From the NCBI GenBank assembly GCA_010093605.1, contig MU004188.1:1119673-1183672 (forward strand): 64,000 bases of DNA, written 5' to 3'. This document shows, in pieces, positions 48,085 through 60,796 of this stretch (position 1 is its first letter; every line of letters starts with the position of its first letter). The notes under the pieces are model-generated. The model made no database searches, was not told the origin of the DNA, and saw nothing but the letters and a program-made list of their open reading frames with translations. A program made the position numbers and the translations under genes. The stretch is from Lophium mytilinum. Its lineage: Eukaryota.

Positions 48085-49833
48085 GGAATTGGACCTTTTG
48101 ATTGAATGAAATGAAAGCTGCGAGGTACTCAAGTCTGCTTTGAGATAACTGCGGAAGACTATCATGGTCTGCACTTGGTTCCTTTATTTCGATTAATCCT
48201 GTCAGCATTGTCTAATCTCCGTCTTCTTTCACTCTCACGATTCTCTTCTGTCAATGACGACTTGCATTTCTGAGATCGACTCTTACTTTCTAATGGCGAT
48301 AAGAAACATATTCGCGGCTTCAACAACCGCGAGGCTTTTCTTTAACTCTCACTGGTTGTCTCGGCTGCAAATTTTGGCGTTATTTTCACACTTCCCTAAC
48401 AGATCTCTCAAACAACGGCTGCTCAAAAGTCATAGAGGCGGGATGTTGGCTGTGTTTCTTTCTCTTCCCACCGTATCGAGTGGGAATGTGTCTCTTTATG
48501 TCCTCAACGACGATACCCGGAAGAAGTTGGCTGGGCTGGTTGTTTGTTTCCTTTATACTTCTGGACTACTAGAACCCCTATCCATCCGAGAAAGCGTCTT
48601 ACTTAATTGAGATAGACACAGACACCGAAGGTCGACAAGACCTGGTGTGTAACGTATCCGCATCATACGGAGCAGGGCGGTCTTTTACAACTCTTGCAGC
48701 GTTCGTCTTCAAATAGAATCCTAGTTCCGTCACTTCAGCTCCTAGCACGTGGATCAGAGAAAACTCATCAGTTTGGACTAACCATCAGACCGCTTTTTCG
48801 GAGGGCGTCTCCACTTGAGGTCCGTCAGCCCTGTTTGAGGTAGAGTCACATGAGCAACGTGATATTCAATCTGGGGGGCTATAAAACCTTTCCCCTCGCT
48901 TTCTTTCCTAGACGATGGGGTTGCTTGGGCGGGCGCCGAAGTTGGTGGAAAGGATGATAAACGGGCTTTCCTCACTGTCCATGAGGTCGGTGGCTTCCAG
49001 GTATCACTTTACGGATTTGTATCCAGCAAAATAGCGGACATGTACGAATCATGTCCTGGAAGCATCACCATCCGCAGTCCCTCAATCATGAGTGGGGTGC
49101 AGCAGCTCAAGACGAGATGAAGCTGATCACCATTTTAGAATAACGGCCCTCGTCGATAGGATACCCTTTTCGATGATGGACACCACTCTAGTGGGCTAAC
49201 GGTCGTCATTTTGAACAGCAGGCGATGGACAGCGGGTAGGATTCCCTCCTGCTAACTCCATAAGTCGCAAAGTTGTAAGTTTTGACTCCCTCCTCTCTCC
49301 AACTTCTGCCACATGGCTTCTGTGCTCTTTTCGATTCCTGCTTAATCAAAGGTGACTTCTCCACCGATGATGAAGAGTCTCCCCCTCGACAAGAGCCAAC
49401 CTTTATACGTGAAAGAAATCTCGAATCACATGATTCTACCACAAGGCATGTGATTCTCGTTAGGTAAAACGAGTCATCACTTCACCAAGCGAAAACCAGT
49501 GCATAAACATCATCTCGTCAAATTCGAACTATCTGACCGCGCTTTTCCAAATCATCGCGCGCATCCTCAAGCGAACTTCCCATAGTCCAACCGTATATAT
49601 GTACGTGCAAACAGCGCCGAGGCTAATTTCGCAGATGGATATCGTACTGTGCAAATGCTCCAAGGAGAAGAAAAACCAAAAAACCAAAAACACATACGAC
49701 GTTTGCGCAACGACAAAATCTAGGGTAAACTTTTCCGCAGTGCGCCTCGCAAAAACCCATTGCTCAAACCATTCCCGAAAACGCAACTCGGAAACGAAAA
49801 CAACAAAAACGTTACGAGGGGTGTCGATTCTCC

Positions 49834-52800
49834 TCAGTTCGCCATCTCCAAGTTCCCCATGCTGTTCATCCAATCCACATCCATCGCGAACCCGCTGCTC
49901 TCCCCCTGCAAGCTGATTGGATTCCCCGCATCAAACGTAAACGCCTCACCCACCGCGTCTAGATTCAGCAAGCTATCGAAATCGCCGTCGTCGAAGTCGT
50001 TGTTCAGCGGCAGGCTCGAGAACATCATCTCATCGCCGTGGTGGTTGAACGGGTTCGGGATGTGCATGGCGTGCGCCGAGGAGTGCTCCGGGTGGAACTG
50101 CGGGCAATCCTCGTCGTGCTCGTGGTCATGATCGCAGTCGTCGTCGTCGTGATCGTGCGAGGAGTATTGTCGGAGGCCGTGCGCGTGCGTGATGGAGAGG
50201 TGGTCGTGGTCTTCGCTATGGTGGTCGCTCTCTGGCGGCGTCGACGCGAGGAACGTCTCGAGCCGCCGCGCGACTTCTTCGTCGGTCACGTTCGGCCCCT
50301 TTTCCAGCGCCGTGAGGTTCGTCGTGCCGGCGTCTGGGGGCGGGGTCAAGGCGCGCGCGAGGTGTGGTGCTTGCTGGGCTAGCTGGGCGAGGTCGAGGCG
50401 GCGGCCGGCGTCGACTAGGTCCTCGACGGTGGTGACGGGCGAGGGCTTCGCGAGAGGGTTCGATGATAGGCCCGGCAGTGGTGCGATGTGGATGCCTGCT
50501 TTGCGGATGGCGGCTTCAAGGAAAGCGGTCGAGTAGTCGGCGGCCGCGTAGAGGTCGCGCAGCTTGCCCATCACTTGCATGCATTGGCAGAAGCCGCGGA
50601 GGGAGGCGCGGCGGGTTTCTTCTTCTGGAGCCTTGATGTCGAGGAGGTGGATTATTATTGCTGGGAGGAGGACCGTCACGCCGGTGGTGGGGAGGTACTT
50701 CACCAAGTCGAGCGAGTCGAGGCGTTGAGCGATGGATGTAATGGCGGATGCAGCTCGACGAACGTTACGACGAGAAACATCGAGCAGTTCGGCGCCTGTG
50801 TTGTTCTTGGGACTAGGAGCGTTGCTGCTGTGGGATGATGGCAAGACTTGGGGACGATGAAGCGCAGAGAGGGTCGTGAAGAACACCATGTGGAGCAGTG
50901 CGCGGTGGAGATCGATGCAGTCATCGCCAGTCGAAACGTCGCTGTACTTGGCGTCCTCGGGCAGCTCGTCAACCCATCTCTGGAGCTCTTCGTCGCAGGC
51001 TTTGACCTCGCACTTCTCCGGATCAAGTTTCTTGGGCAGGAGCATCATCGTCGTCCGGTCGTTGCTGACGCCTTGCTGGTTGTTGAGAACGCAGTACTGC
51101 TTGGACAGGACGTGGCTGATGCAAAGACACAATTTGGCCTTCTCAATGCACATGGTGGCCAATTGGCGCTGCATATCGACATCTCGGGCGATTCTGCAGT
51201 CTTGCGGAATGCATGTCACGGTGTCAGGGATAGGCGCGATATCGAAGTCATCGAGCGTGAGCATAGGCACATCGTAGTCCTCGGTCTTTATCCGCGTCGG
51301 CCTTCGCATTCCCAGTGCAATCAGTCGGTCTCGCATGTAGGTCGACCACCATATTCGCTTCCATAGCTTTGTTCGCTTCGCGTCCATATTCGATTTATCC
51401 GGGTTCCGGTGTAGGCCAATGGTGTGGGCCACCGAAGTGGCCACGCCCATCCAGTGCCATGTATCTTTCTGGTCATCCGGAGTTTCGTAGTAATACGTCA
51501 GAAGAAGGAGCGCCTGCACCAGGGATACGCGATCGGATTCGTAGTCGAAGTCATACAGGAGCTGTTTCCGTCAGTATTCCGAGCGAATTGCGGTGTGCCG
51601 TTAAGCGAGGTGTGCATAAAACGAATTACGCAGAAATAGATGACTGTCGCTTACCCTCGTCTTTTGGAAGAAGTCCTTTCGCGCTTCCTTGCGAGTGACA
51701 TAGCCAGCGGCTCGCAAATGGCGCATGTCCACAAAGGCCGAGCCAGCGAACATGACTGACTGGAATAGGATTAGGCTGATCTTCCCCAGGTTGCCATCCG
51801 CATTGTCTAGGGCGGCCACAAACTCGTGGAGGTCCAATAGCGGCATGTACGGGTGCACGAATTCGACATAAGCCCGAAGCAACTCATTGCGCAGGGGGGT
51901 GCTGGGGATCGTAAGGGCCCCTTTCTTCTCGAGATACGAGACTTCGTCTGGTCCAATCCTGGCCGGTAGCGGTTTGATGAAAGCTGGAAGATTTGCGACT
52001 GGGGCCTGTTTGGGAGCAAGATGCGCAAAATACGGTCCTCGGGAATCTGTGGATAGTGGACTGAATCCTAGCATGGACGGTGGTTGCGCGGCTGAATTCG
52101 AATTTACCGAGAGTCTGCGATTTAGCTCGGAGAAGCTATAATTGAGCCGACTACCGTGGCTTTGGTCTGAGGCCGGCGTTAGCACATGAAAACGGCACGT
52201 GTCATGTGAGACGCATGAAAAAAAAAAAGAAGGAATACGAAAGAAAACAAAGATTCGGTGGACGTACAAATGGAATGTGGCACATGTTCCTCGCTCCTCG
52301 GCTCAGGATCATGTGACCGGCGGGATGAGGCAGCTGCAAGATTCTGGATCGAGTCCAGAGCCTCACGCGCGGCGAGCTTCCTGGTCGCGCTGGCTGCCGA
52401 GGCATTTGTCTCTGTTGTTTGGTCCTCGTCCTTTGACCATTTCCTGTCCAACGTCAGCACATTGCCACCGCCTTGCAGCTCCCTGATTGAAGGGTGACAG
52501 GGGTGTTTTGTGATCAATATTGATCTGGAGCTTTGCGAATGACGTATAGGCATGGAAAAAAAACAGATGGGAAGATTCTCAGGGCCGCGGACTACTCACT
52601 TCTTTCTCCTGCTCTCCGACACAATGCACTCGACCTCGTCTAGTCTGCAATTCGTGCAGGGCGCGCCGTGCTCGGTGACATTGCATCGTACCTTGCGCGC
52701 TCGACAGCACTGGCACGCCTTCGAGGCCCTTCTCTTCACTGAACGTCCATTGCCGTTTCCGTCAAGATGGGCAGTAGCTGCCTTTCGCTTCGGAGGCTGT

Positions 52801-52850
52801 TGATGGTGCTGTATCTCGTGATCCGAGAGGGAGGCGTTGGAGTCAGACAT
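49834..52850 (-). CDS. farB: Cutinase transcription factor 1-beta / FarB Zn2Cys6 regulator of fatty-acid utilisation; exons 52850-52600, 52443-52268, 52166-51655, 51561-49834
   Basis: KRRASKACQCCRARKVRCNVTEHGAPCTNCRLDEVEC, LLYDFDYESDRVSLVQALLL, YETPDDQKDTWHWMG, RDRLIALGMRRP, YLPTTGVTVLLPA. Confidence 0.92.
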
Positions 52851-55542
52851 GGCGGCGGTTTTGGGATCCTCTGGAGCAGAGGGGATGGGGGTGCAACGGG
52901 ATATTAGTATGGGGATGGGCACGCGGGCAGCTGCGGCCAGGGCAGGGAATCGTGAGGATTATGTACGGGGCCGCTCTTCTTTCATGGTGGCGGACTAGCT
53001 TCCCCTTCTCCTCGAGCCAGGCCTCGTGGAGCTCTTTGGCGTGTGGGGATGGGACGCCCCAGACACCAACGTCGACAACGCCCCGGATCATCGGAGCTAT
53101 TGGGCCTTGGCGGCGGGCGCTGGTGCACTCCCTGCTGCTTGCACAATCCCCCCAGCGGCCGCCAGCGGTGCCTCGGAAGTACTCGGGAGTCCATCTCCGG
53201 ACAGACCTTCAGCCCTCCGAGCGGATCCCACTGTCGACGGCACCCGCCAGCATGAGGCATATCATTGCGTGCCGTTGTGCCGTCTTCATTTCCTGTCCTG
53301 CACCTGCAGCTGATCTTCTTCTGCGGTGAGCCCCCCCATACGAATATGTCACTCGGTACAATGGCCGACTCTATGCGCGTCTTGAAGACCTCTTGTGCAA
53401 CAGAACACTGCGCCCTGTCAGAGCCGTTTGCGGTGGAAGCATGTGCCCGGCAGGGCTTGAGCAGCCAAAGCCCCGAGTCATGTGCTCGAGTCCAGCTCTG
53501 ATGTCGCCGTCATGAAGTGCAGCTGACTGTGCACCGGCCTTCTCTCCACACTCCAGCGCGATGAGACTCGGCAGGCATCGTGAAGGCAAGTCCAGCTCTA
53601 ATGACTTTTTATTCTCTTGCGGAAATGCAGTTCCACCACGCCCCGCCGTCTGGAATTGCCCAGGATCCGACACTCATGGTTCAGGCAAGTTGCCGCCAGT
53701 CGCCTCAGCCGAGCCGCTAGCCCACACAAACAGCTGGATGCATACAAATTGCGGTCTTATGCCTTCCTTCGGCGGTCGATTCTCGGTCATACTAGGAAGC
53801 TGACCCAGGATGAGGGCCTGGTGCGGCGTTCGCCGACTCGGAGCTGTCGAATCGTCGATGTTTCCGAAATTCACCGCCGCCGTCCCCTTCTTGCCTAGGA
53901 CGCGCTTCGGCGAGGCTAGGAAATGCCTGACATTCAAACAGCATTTCGACGGGCCCGCATTCTCTGATCTCTTGAATCGACGATTTGGACGATTTTGACG
54001 ATTTGTCGTATGTGGTACAGTACACATGACGACATCAGGCACCGCCACCAGACAACTACCGGCAGCAACGGCTTTCCAGGAGCTGCCAGTCATGTATTTC
54101 CAATCATGCGACCGAGAACGTGTGGGGCGTGAAAGAATTGACGACAGCGGCGATCCCCAGACTCCAAGATTGCGGGGCCAGCATGGTGGTGACGGCGAAG
54201 ACTCGGACTGTCTTACAGCCCAACCATGCCCCAATTAATCCGCGGCCGGAACAACGTAAATACACTTGCCCACGACCGCAATCCGATCGCGGGCTGAATC
54301 ACCGCCTGCGGGCTACGGCTGTCTTCTGGCGGACCTACTCCATCTAACGGTGTAGTAGTTCAGTCTCTCTATCGTCATCACTTACCTCGATACGCTGCTG
54401 TACAGTACGCTAACTTTTTTGATATCGACCCATCTAGAACTTTGATGTTGCCCTAACATGCTGAGAAAACCCTGACGCAAGCCGCAACTGACATTATCCC
54501 AGTCGCGTCGAACCGCGAATCGCTAATCGAAGCAGTCCACTCATCTGGTTGGTACGATCCCGCAGACGCTAGAGGTGGGCATGGAGCCCCGCACTTTCTT
54601 ACCCGCTATCTCAGGGTCATTTGAAATCCAGAGGTGGAGGTGGGCATTGCTGCAGGGCGCGCCTAGCAATTTGAGGGGAATGTCCATCCTGCGATGCGCT
54701 CCATACGCTGATGCTGAAGTGGCACAGCGGACATCAGGAAGATACCGTACAGGATCTACCCAGCATGCAGGTAAGATCATCCTAGTTCAGACACGCCCGA
54801 AACCAAGGATTCGGCAAATCTATAACCCATAGCCAATCAGAGGCGATGCGATTTCAAAGACTCGAGGCAGCCCACGTGACTAGAGCTCAGGTCACATGAC
54901 TGATCCGTCACCAGCTATTGCGAGTCCTTCAAAAGAGGGTGTTCAATTGGGGAATCCTCCAAACGGCCTTCACACTTACTTGCAACGCTCTGTTGAGCTG
55001 TTGGCTCTTGAGGGCGGTATTGAGTTTGCTTCTCAAAGCGGAACCGCATACGTTCACTGTGGACCCGCAAAAGGGCGGAATCATGAGTACCACGATGTCC
55101 AAAGATTTTACCGTCAAGCCACCCGCTTCTCCGCACTCAATGACGTTCGCATTGCCAAGCCTGGATGTAAGTTTCGGACAATAATGGAACATCATGCTAT
55201 CAGGTGAGGAGGCGTTCCGGCGCAAAGGGTGGAACGCCACAATGCAGACAAAACAGCATCATACGAACCAATCAGAAAAAGGAAATTCACAAAACCGGTT
55301 CCAGAGTACGAGGTCACAGCACACTCAGTCACGCCGAGATCATTACGCCAAGGTCATACTTATACACCAAGGTCATGGACATCATTATCCTCTTCAACCG
55401 AAAAATCATATCTACTGTTACATTTACTCTCCTTTCTTCATATTCACACAAGATAGGACCCCTTCTGCTGCTCTTCAAGCAAAAATAAAGTGGAAAAAGT
55501 ATGCGACACAAAGTCTCCGACAACCACATTGCTCCAATACGC

Positions 55543-57219
55543 TCAGGTATACAAAAGATCCGCCTCGGTCCCTGGACATGGCGCAATCGGCAAAGACGCA
55601 TCCACAGTCTCGCCCTTCATCTTGAACAAATGCTGGCGAATCTTGATGACCTGCTCCGTCACATTGACAGGGTTGGTAGGGTTACCATATTGCAGGGTGA
55701 AGCTATCCTATGAGATGGTTAGTTGATATCCACGTAGCCCCCTCCTCGGAGATATTTCGGGGTGGGACATCTTTTTTGCACTCACACTAGAATGATTGAC
55801 GTAAGTCGTACAGTCTGGTACGTTGTGCATGAACAGACTCCAGAAATGATCTAGTGCGATGTTAGCCTATACTCCACTCGCAGAGTACTCAGGGGCGATT
55901 CTACTGACCTCCTGCAATCACCGGCTTCTTCTTCTCCTGGTAGCTCTCGATAGTTGCGAAGAAGTCTTCCAGGGGCGCCATATCCGGCTGCACATCCGTC
56001 CAGCCATACTCTGCCGCAAAGTATACCTTATCCGCGCTCGCAACCAGGTCAATACCATCGGTCAACTTCGTGTTATTGGGCGGGTAAAAGTGATCCGAGA
56101 AGATATCCACGTCCTTGAGGCTCAAATGCGTCTTGTTAATGCCATACGTTCCGTCGATCACGAGCTTCGCGGGAGCCAGCTTCTTGATGTAGCTCGCGAT
56201 TTCGGCCGTCCACGAGACAGGGACGTTCATATCTTGGAATTTGGGCCCACCAAGCTCGTTGCCCGTTTCGTAGGCGAAGATCGTAGGGTCTGCGGCGTAG
56301 CTAAGACCGGTGTAGGGGTTCACGTGCGTGAGTAGGATCTTGATATAGTTCTTAAAGTCGGCGACAATTGTAGGGTTGGTGTAAAACTCCTGAACTTTCG
56401 GGTCGCTGGTGAGAGGGTCAGCTTTCTTTACTTCAATCTCATTTTCTTCTTCCCTCTGCTTCGATTTCACAACCCCATTTTCAGTCCTTAGACTCCTTCT
56501 TGGTTCTGAGATACTCACATCGGATCCGACGCTGAAATATTAACCCCCCTCCACCTCAAAAACGTAAACTTCCCACCATGATAATAATCATAATTATCCA
56601 CCTAAACACGCTCGTCAGCCCTGCATTACCAAAACCTCAAACCCCCCACCCAAGCACTCTCCACACTCACCAACGGTGCAAACAAGCGCACTCCATGCAT
56701 CCTCGCCTCATACACCGCCCAATCCATCGTCTCAAACGCCTCCTCATTCACCACCCCCAACTCCGGCATCAAACTCAGCGGATTCCCCACACTAACCCCC
56801 AGCGTCTGCGACCGAACCGTCCGCCCCCCAAGCACCGCGACCGTGCTCATGATTTCGGTGATGCGTCCTTTGGTCGGGTAGCTCGCGTTCAGCGGCGCGT
56901 AGAAGGGGGAGCCGGCGGGTGGGATCACGTTCTCGTCGAGCCCGAGCCAGTACACGTTTGCGCCGGAGGCGGTCCAGCGCACGTTGGAGAGGAGGAGCTC
57001 GCTGCCGCGGCGGGTGACGTAGGTGTTGCGCTGGAGGGCGATGGAGAGGGCCTTTTTGTAGGGCGAGAGGAGCTTGGAGTTCCAGGGGGCGAAGGAGCCT
57101 TTGAGGGGGTTGGAAAGGGAGGATAGAAGGGGGCTGATGAAATTGGGGACGGGGTCTGATGGGATAGCGGTCGTGAAGGCGGATAATGCTAGAGGGGTCA
57201 AGAGAAGAGGGAGTTTCAT
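55543..57219 (-). CDS. Secreted GH5 glycoside hydrolase, endo-beta-1,4-mannanase-like; exons 57219-56671, 56601-56519, 56405-55909, 55850-55786, 55707-55543
   Basis: Signal peptide MKLPLLLTPLALSAFTTA; GANVYWLG, DNYDYYHGGK, HVNPYTG..YAADPTIFAYETGNEL (acid/base Glu), SDHFYP, AEYGW (nucleophile Glu). Confidence 0.9.
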
Positions 57220-57785
57220 GGTGGGCGATTAGTGGCCGAGTCGACCTTAGGTGGTGGAATTGATATAGTGCGATTCGCAGAAATATGAAAAAGACGAAGG
57301 ACACTGGACTTCGAGAGGGTAAAAGAGGCAGAGCGGGAATGCCGCCAACCCGGATTCCTGCCTCTTCATATTGCTGGACCTGCAATTGACCGCTGGAGAA
57401 ACGCAGGTACCGACGAACTATGACATATGCGATATGCCGTCTAGTAGCGGCTCGCCATTGGGAGCCTCCGCCTTCAAAGAGGCTAAACAGCAGCTCGTTT
57501 AGGCACATTATGCTGGTCGAGACCAATCACGTACTCCTGCGCAGGCGATCGCTCTCGGGGCATAAGCGGGCGAGCATCGGTAGCTTACTAGGATCTTACT
57601 TCGATTCATACATATAAGCTATCATCGCAATATATTCGTCTTAGGAATCTCAGAGCGCATAAGAGCATCCACCTTCAGAATCATCTCTCTCGATTCGACT
57701 GACCTGTCTATCAACGATCCAGCCATCTGTTCACTTCTCTCGAATTCCGTTACTGTACCGGCCAACAGGGACATCTCACCGCTAA

Positions 57786-57881
57786 CGGACCGGTTTCCCG
57801 GGAGCCGTGATTGTTTGGGAATGAGGGGATTGCCAAGAAGACATGATGTACGACATTTATATTATCCGCACCGGTTTCCCG
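57786..57881 (-). promoter_or_regulatory. Two CLR-1/ClrA-type sites (CGG-N5-CGG-N-CCG) upstream of the GH5 gene
   Basis: Minus strand 57786-57800 is CGGGAAACCGGTCCG (exact match); 57867-57881 is CGGGAAACCGGTGCG (one mismatch). Confidence 0.6.
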
Positions 57882-58176
57882 GTTAGTCTCGCTACCGCCT
57901 GCTGAAATAAGCAAGGGGTTTTATGGGTACGTCGAATCGCAGGGGTGTGTGCGGGGAATTTTGCAAAATGTTATTGGGTTGTATTATGATGGCCGTGGTG
58001 GGAGTGGGCATTTGTGGTTTAGCTGGGTAGTGTAGTTGATGAGACGCTTTCATATGTGATTCTTGTGCATTGCTGACACTGAAGATTGCAGGGGTGTTTT
58101 ATCGATATAAAATACAGGACTAGGACATCGTCACATTTGCAGGGCTCCCTTAAATTTAGACAATGGAGCTTCAGCC

Positions 58177-59629
58177 TTATAGCTTCGACGAGCCCTTGGG
58201 GATTTCCATCGCCTTGGTCTTGTTTTTGAAGTTCTTGACGAGCTGTCGTACAGCCAGATCAAGCATGACATCCTCCGATCCACCAGGTATCCGAATACCG
58301 GGCACCTCGCGGTATATCCCTAAGTGTCAGGTTAGCTACTATTCAAACCAATTGAGAACGGCATCTCCACTTACTCTCAGCAAGCGCTCCTTGTCCACTC
58401 TTCGTGTACCCATTACCCCCAAACAGCAGCACCGCGCACCTCGCGCACTCATCCAGCACAATACCACTCTGAGCCTTCACCAATGCCGTCAACCCCCCCA
58501 ATTCGACATCCGCCGTCGCCTTCGGCAGCTTGGTCATCTGATACACAAACTGCTCAACCCACGCCCACTGGCTCTCCAGCATAGCGCCGCATTTCGCGAG
58601 CCTATGCCTAACCACCGGTTGCTCCACCAGCGCCTTCCCAAACGCCTCGCGCTTCATCACATACTCCATCGCGCTCGTGAGCGCCACGCGCGCCTGCCGT
58701 GTCGCGCCAATCGCAATCGTCAGCCGCTCGTGGTTGAAGTTGGTCATGATGTACTTCATCCCCATGCCCTCGTCGCCAATCAGGTTCTCCACGGGGACCT
58801 TGACGTCGTCGAGCTCGATGAAGGTCGTGCCCGCGCTAATCTGCCCGCCCACCTTCAGCCGCCGCATGGTGACGCCCGGGTAGCCAAGCAGCGGGACGAC
58901 AACCATGCTGAGTCCTGAGGGGCCGGGCCCGCCGGTGCGTACGGCCATGGAGGAGTATTGCGACCAGATGCCGTTGGTGATCCACTTCTTCGTGCCGTTG
59001 ATGATATAGTGCTTCCCGTCGGGCGTCTTGGTGGCAGTGGTGGAGATGTTGGCGACGTCGCTGCCGGCGCCGGGCTCGGTGATGGCGATGCAGGTGCGCT
59101 TCTTGGCGGTCAGGAGGTCGGGGAGGAAGCGCTCTTGGAGTTGTGCGTTGCCGAATTTGAGGATCGGGGGCACGCCGAAGGAAATGCCGGTTGTGAGGGA
59201 GCCTGAGGGCCCGGCGAGGCCGGAGCGGGCCATCTGATAGTCATGGAGGATTAGTGTAGGTTCGATTGGTCATGGGAGAGGCATAGTGTGTACCTCGTCG
59301 CAATAGATCATGGTGTGGATGTAGTCGAAGTCCTCAACCTTCAACACCCCTAGGAAATCATGAATTCCCAGTTTCTTCAGCCATTCCACTGGCAACGGTG
59401 CAGGTAGAGATGGAATCAGCATTCCAGCTTTTGCGAAGTTCTCAAACACGCTCTCGGGGAGCGTCTCGTTGGTGTCCCATTCCAGCGCTTGGTCGATCAG
59501 GTTCTCTTGGATGAAGGCGCGGCATGCCTGCTGCCACCTGAGATGACTCTCAGTGTAGTATGGAGAAGGTAGGCCGGCGAGGTATGGGGGCTCCGAGAAG
59601 GGGACTATGGGGTTGGTGATGGCTGACAT
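58177..59629 (-). CDS. Peroxisomal acyl-CoA dehydrogenase (PTS1 -SKL); exons 59629-59294, 59233-58375, 58319-58177
   Basis: CIAITEPGAGSD, INGTKKWITNG, NFNHERL, REAFGK, LFGGNGY, IPGGSEDVM; spliced C-terminus is ...KGSSKL*. Confidence 0.94.
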
Positions 59630-59892
59630 GATGGGCGAGATTGAGGACGAAATGCGGGGAGAAAGGGCAGGTATCAAGCTTCAAAGCCTCGCAACGCGTC
59701 GATATTGGAGAATAAAAAGTAGCGGGAGTATATAAGAGACCAAGCTACAGCTGACAGGTAGCTGCCTTTGTGCTTTTACATGGCGGCGGAGGCGCAATAT
59801 CTAACTCCTTCGTAGCAAGTGGAGGTGGAGATCTGGGGATGGCCCACGCTGACAGTCGACTGCCGAGTGGCCCTCGCTCCATATTCTATGAA

Positions 59893-59991
59893 CCGAGGTG
59901 GACTCACGAGCTAGCAGTCCCCAAGTGGGCATGCTACAGAACACACAACCATCATGGCTTTCGGTTGATCTGGTATCTGAATGCACCTCGG
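59893..59991. promoter_or_regulatory. Two FarA/FarB core sites (CCGAGG 59893-59898; CCTCGG 59986-59991) upstream of the acyl-CoA dehydrogenase
   Basis: Exact 6-mers 264 and 357 bp upstream of the ATG at 59629. Confidence 0.55.
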
Positions 59992-60796
59992 GTTGTCTAC
60001 TTTACAGTCTAGTTTGAGTCTTGCGAATTGCATCTTCATGCTATTTAATGCAGTGTCAAGTACTATCCGTTGATCAAAATAGCCCCTCTCTGTACGTGTT
60101 TTAGTTTCAAGCTCTGTACAGTTCGTTCGTGGTTTTTGGAGCCCCTGGCACATCCCCCAGAGTCCATTCTATTCTTATGCCTCAGATCAAATATCTCAAA
60201 GCAGTGTTAGGTACCGTCCTCAATGCTATCCGACATCGCTTGATTGCCAATGGCATTCATGGTGCCCTCGAAACCCATGGAATGCGCTACAAAGCTTTGG
60301 GCCGGAGGCTAATGTCCCGAGTCGAGCTCTCCGAGTAATTCAACCCGGAAGAGCATGATGCAACCTCCGGATCAAAGAAGCTAGGTAAACCGGGATTTTT
60401 GAGCCTCAGTCCGATCTTGCTCCTACTATGCTAGGGTAGTCAGTTGTCATGGGCCCGGCGAAGGCCTAGACATCAGCCTCGCGGACATTCATTGCTCTTC
60501 CATTCCGAGTTCGACCTTGACGAACGAATTTACGGAGATCACAGTCTGGGATGAACTAGCACGCTCACAGGTTGTTCAGTGTCCTACTAGCTACCCTTTC
60601 ATGCGTCTAAGAGGACTCCACCCTCTTCACATTCCCCCTTTCTGCCTACTAGTAAATGATAATTGCTGACATAACATGGCACGTGACCTATCCGGCACCT
60701 ACGTCTACCCCAGCAACACCACCAAAACCTTCTCAGATCGCCTCCAAACTCAAACCCCATCCATTTCAAAGCCTGTCAACTCTCCCACCTAAGTAC

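Noticed and set aside
48100..49800. Short ORFs between the convergent EKI1 and farB ends
   Set aside because: No domain or splice support; likely 3' UTRs and intergenic DNA.
53330..55500. Several 60-186-aa ORFs upstream of farB
   Set aside because: Overlapping on both strands, with no coding-like composition or motifs; better explained as a long regulatory region.
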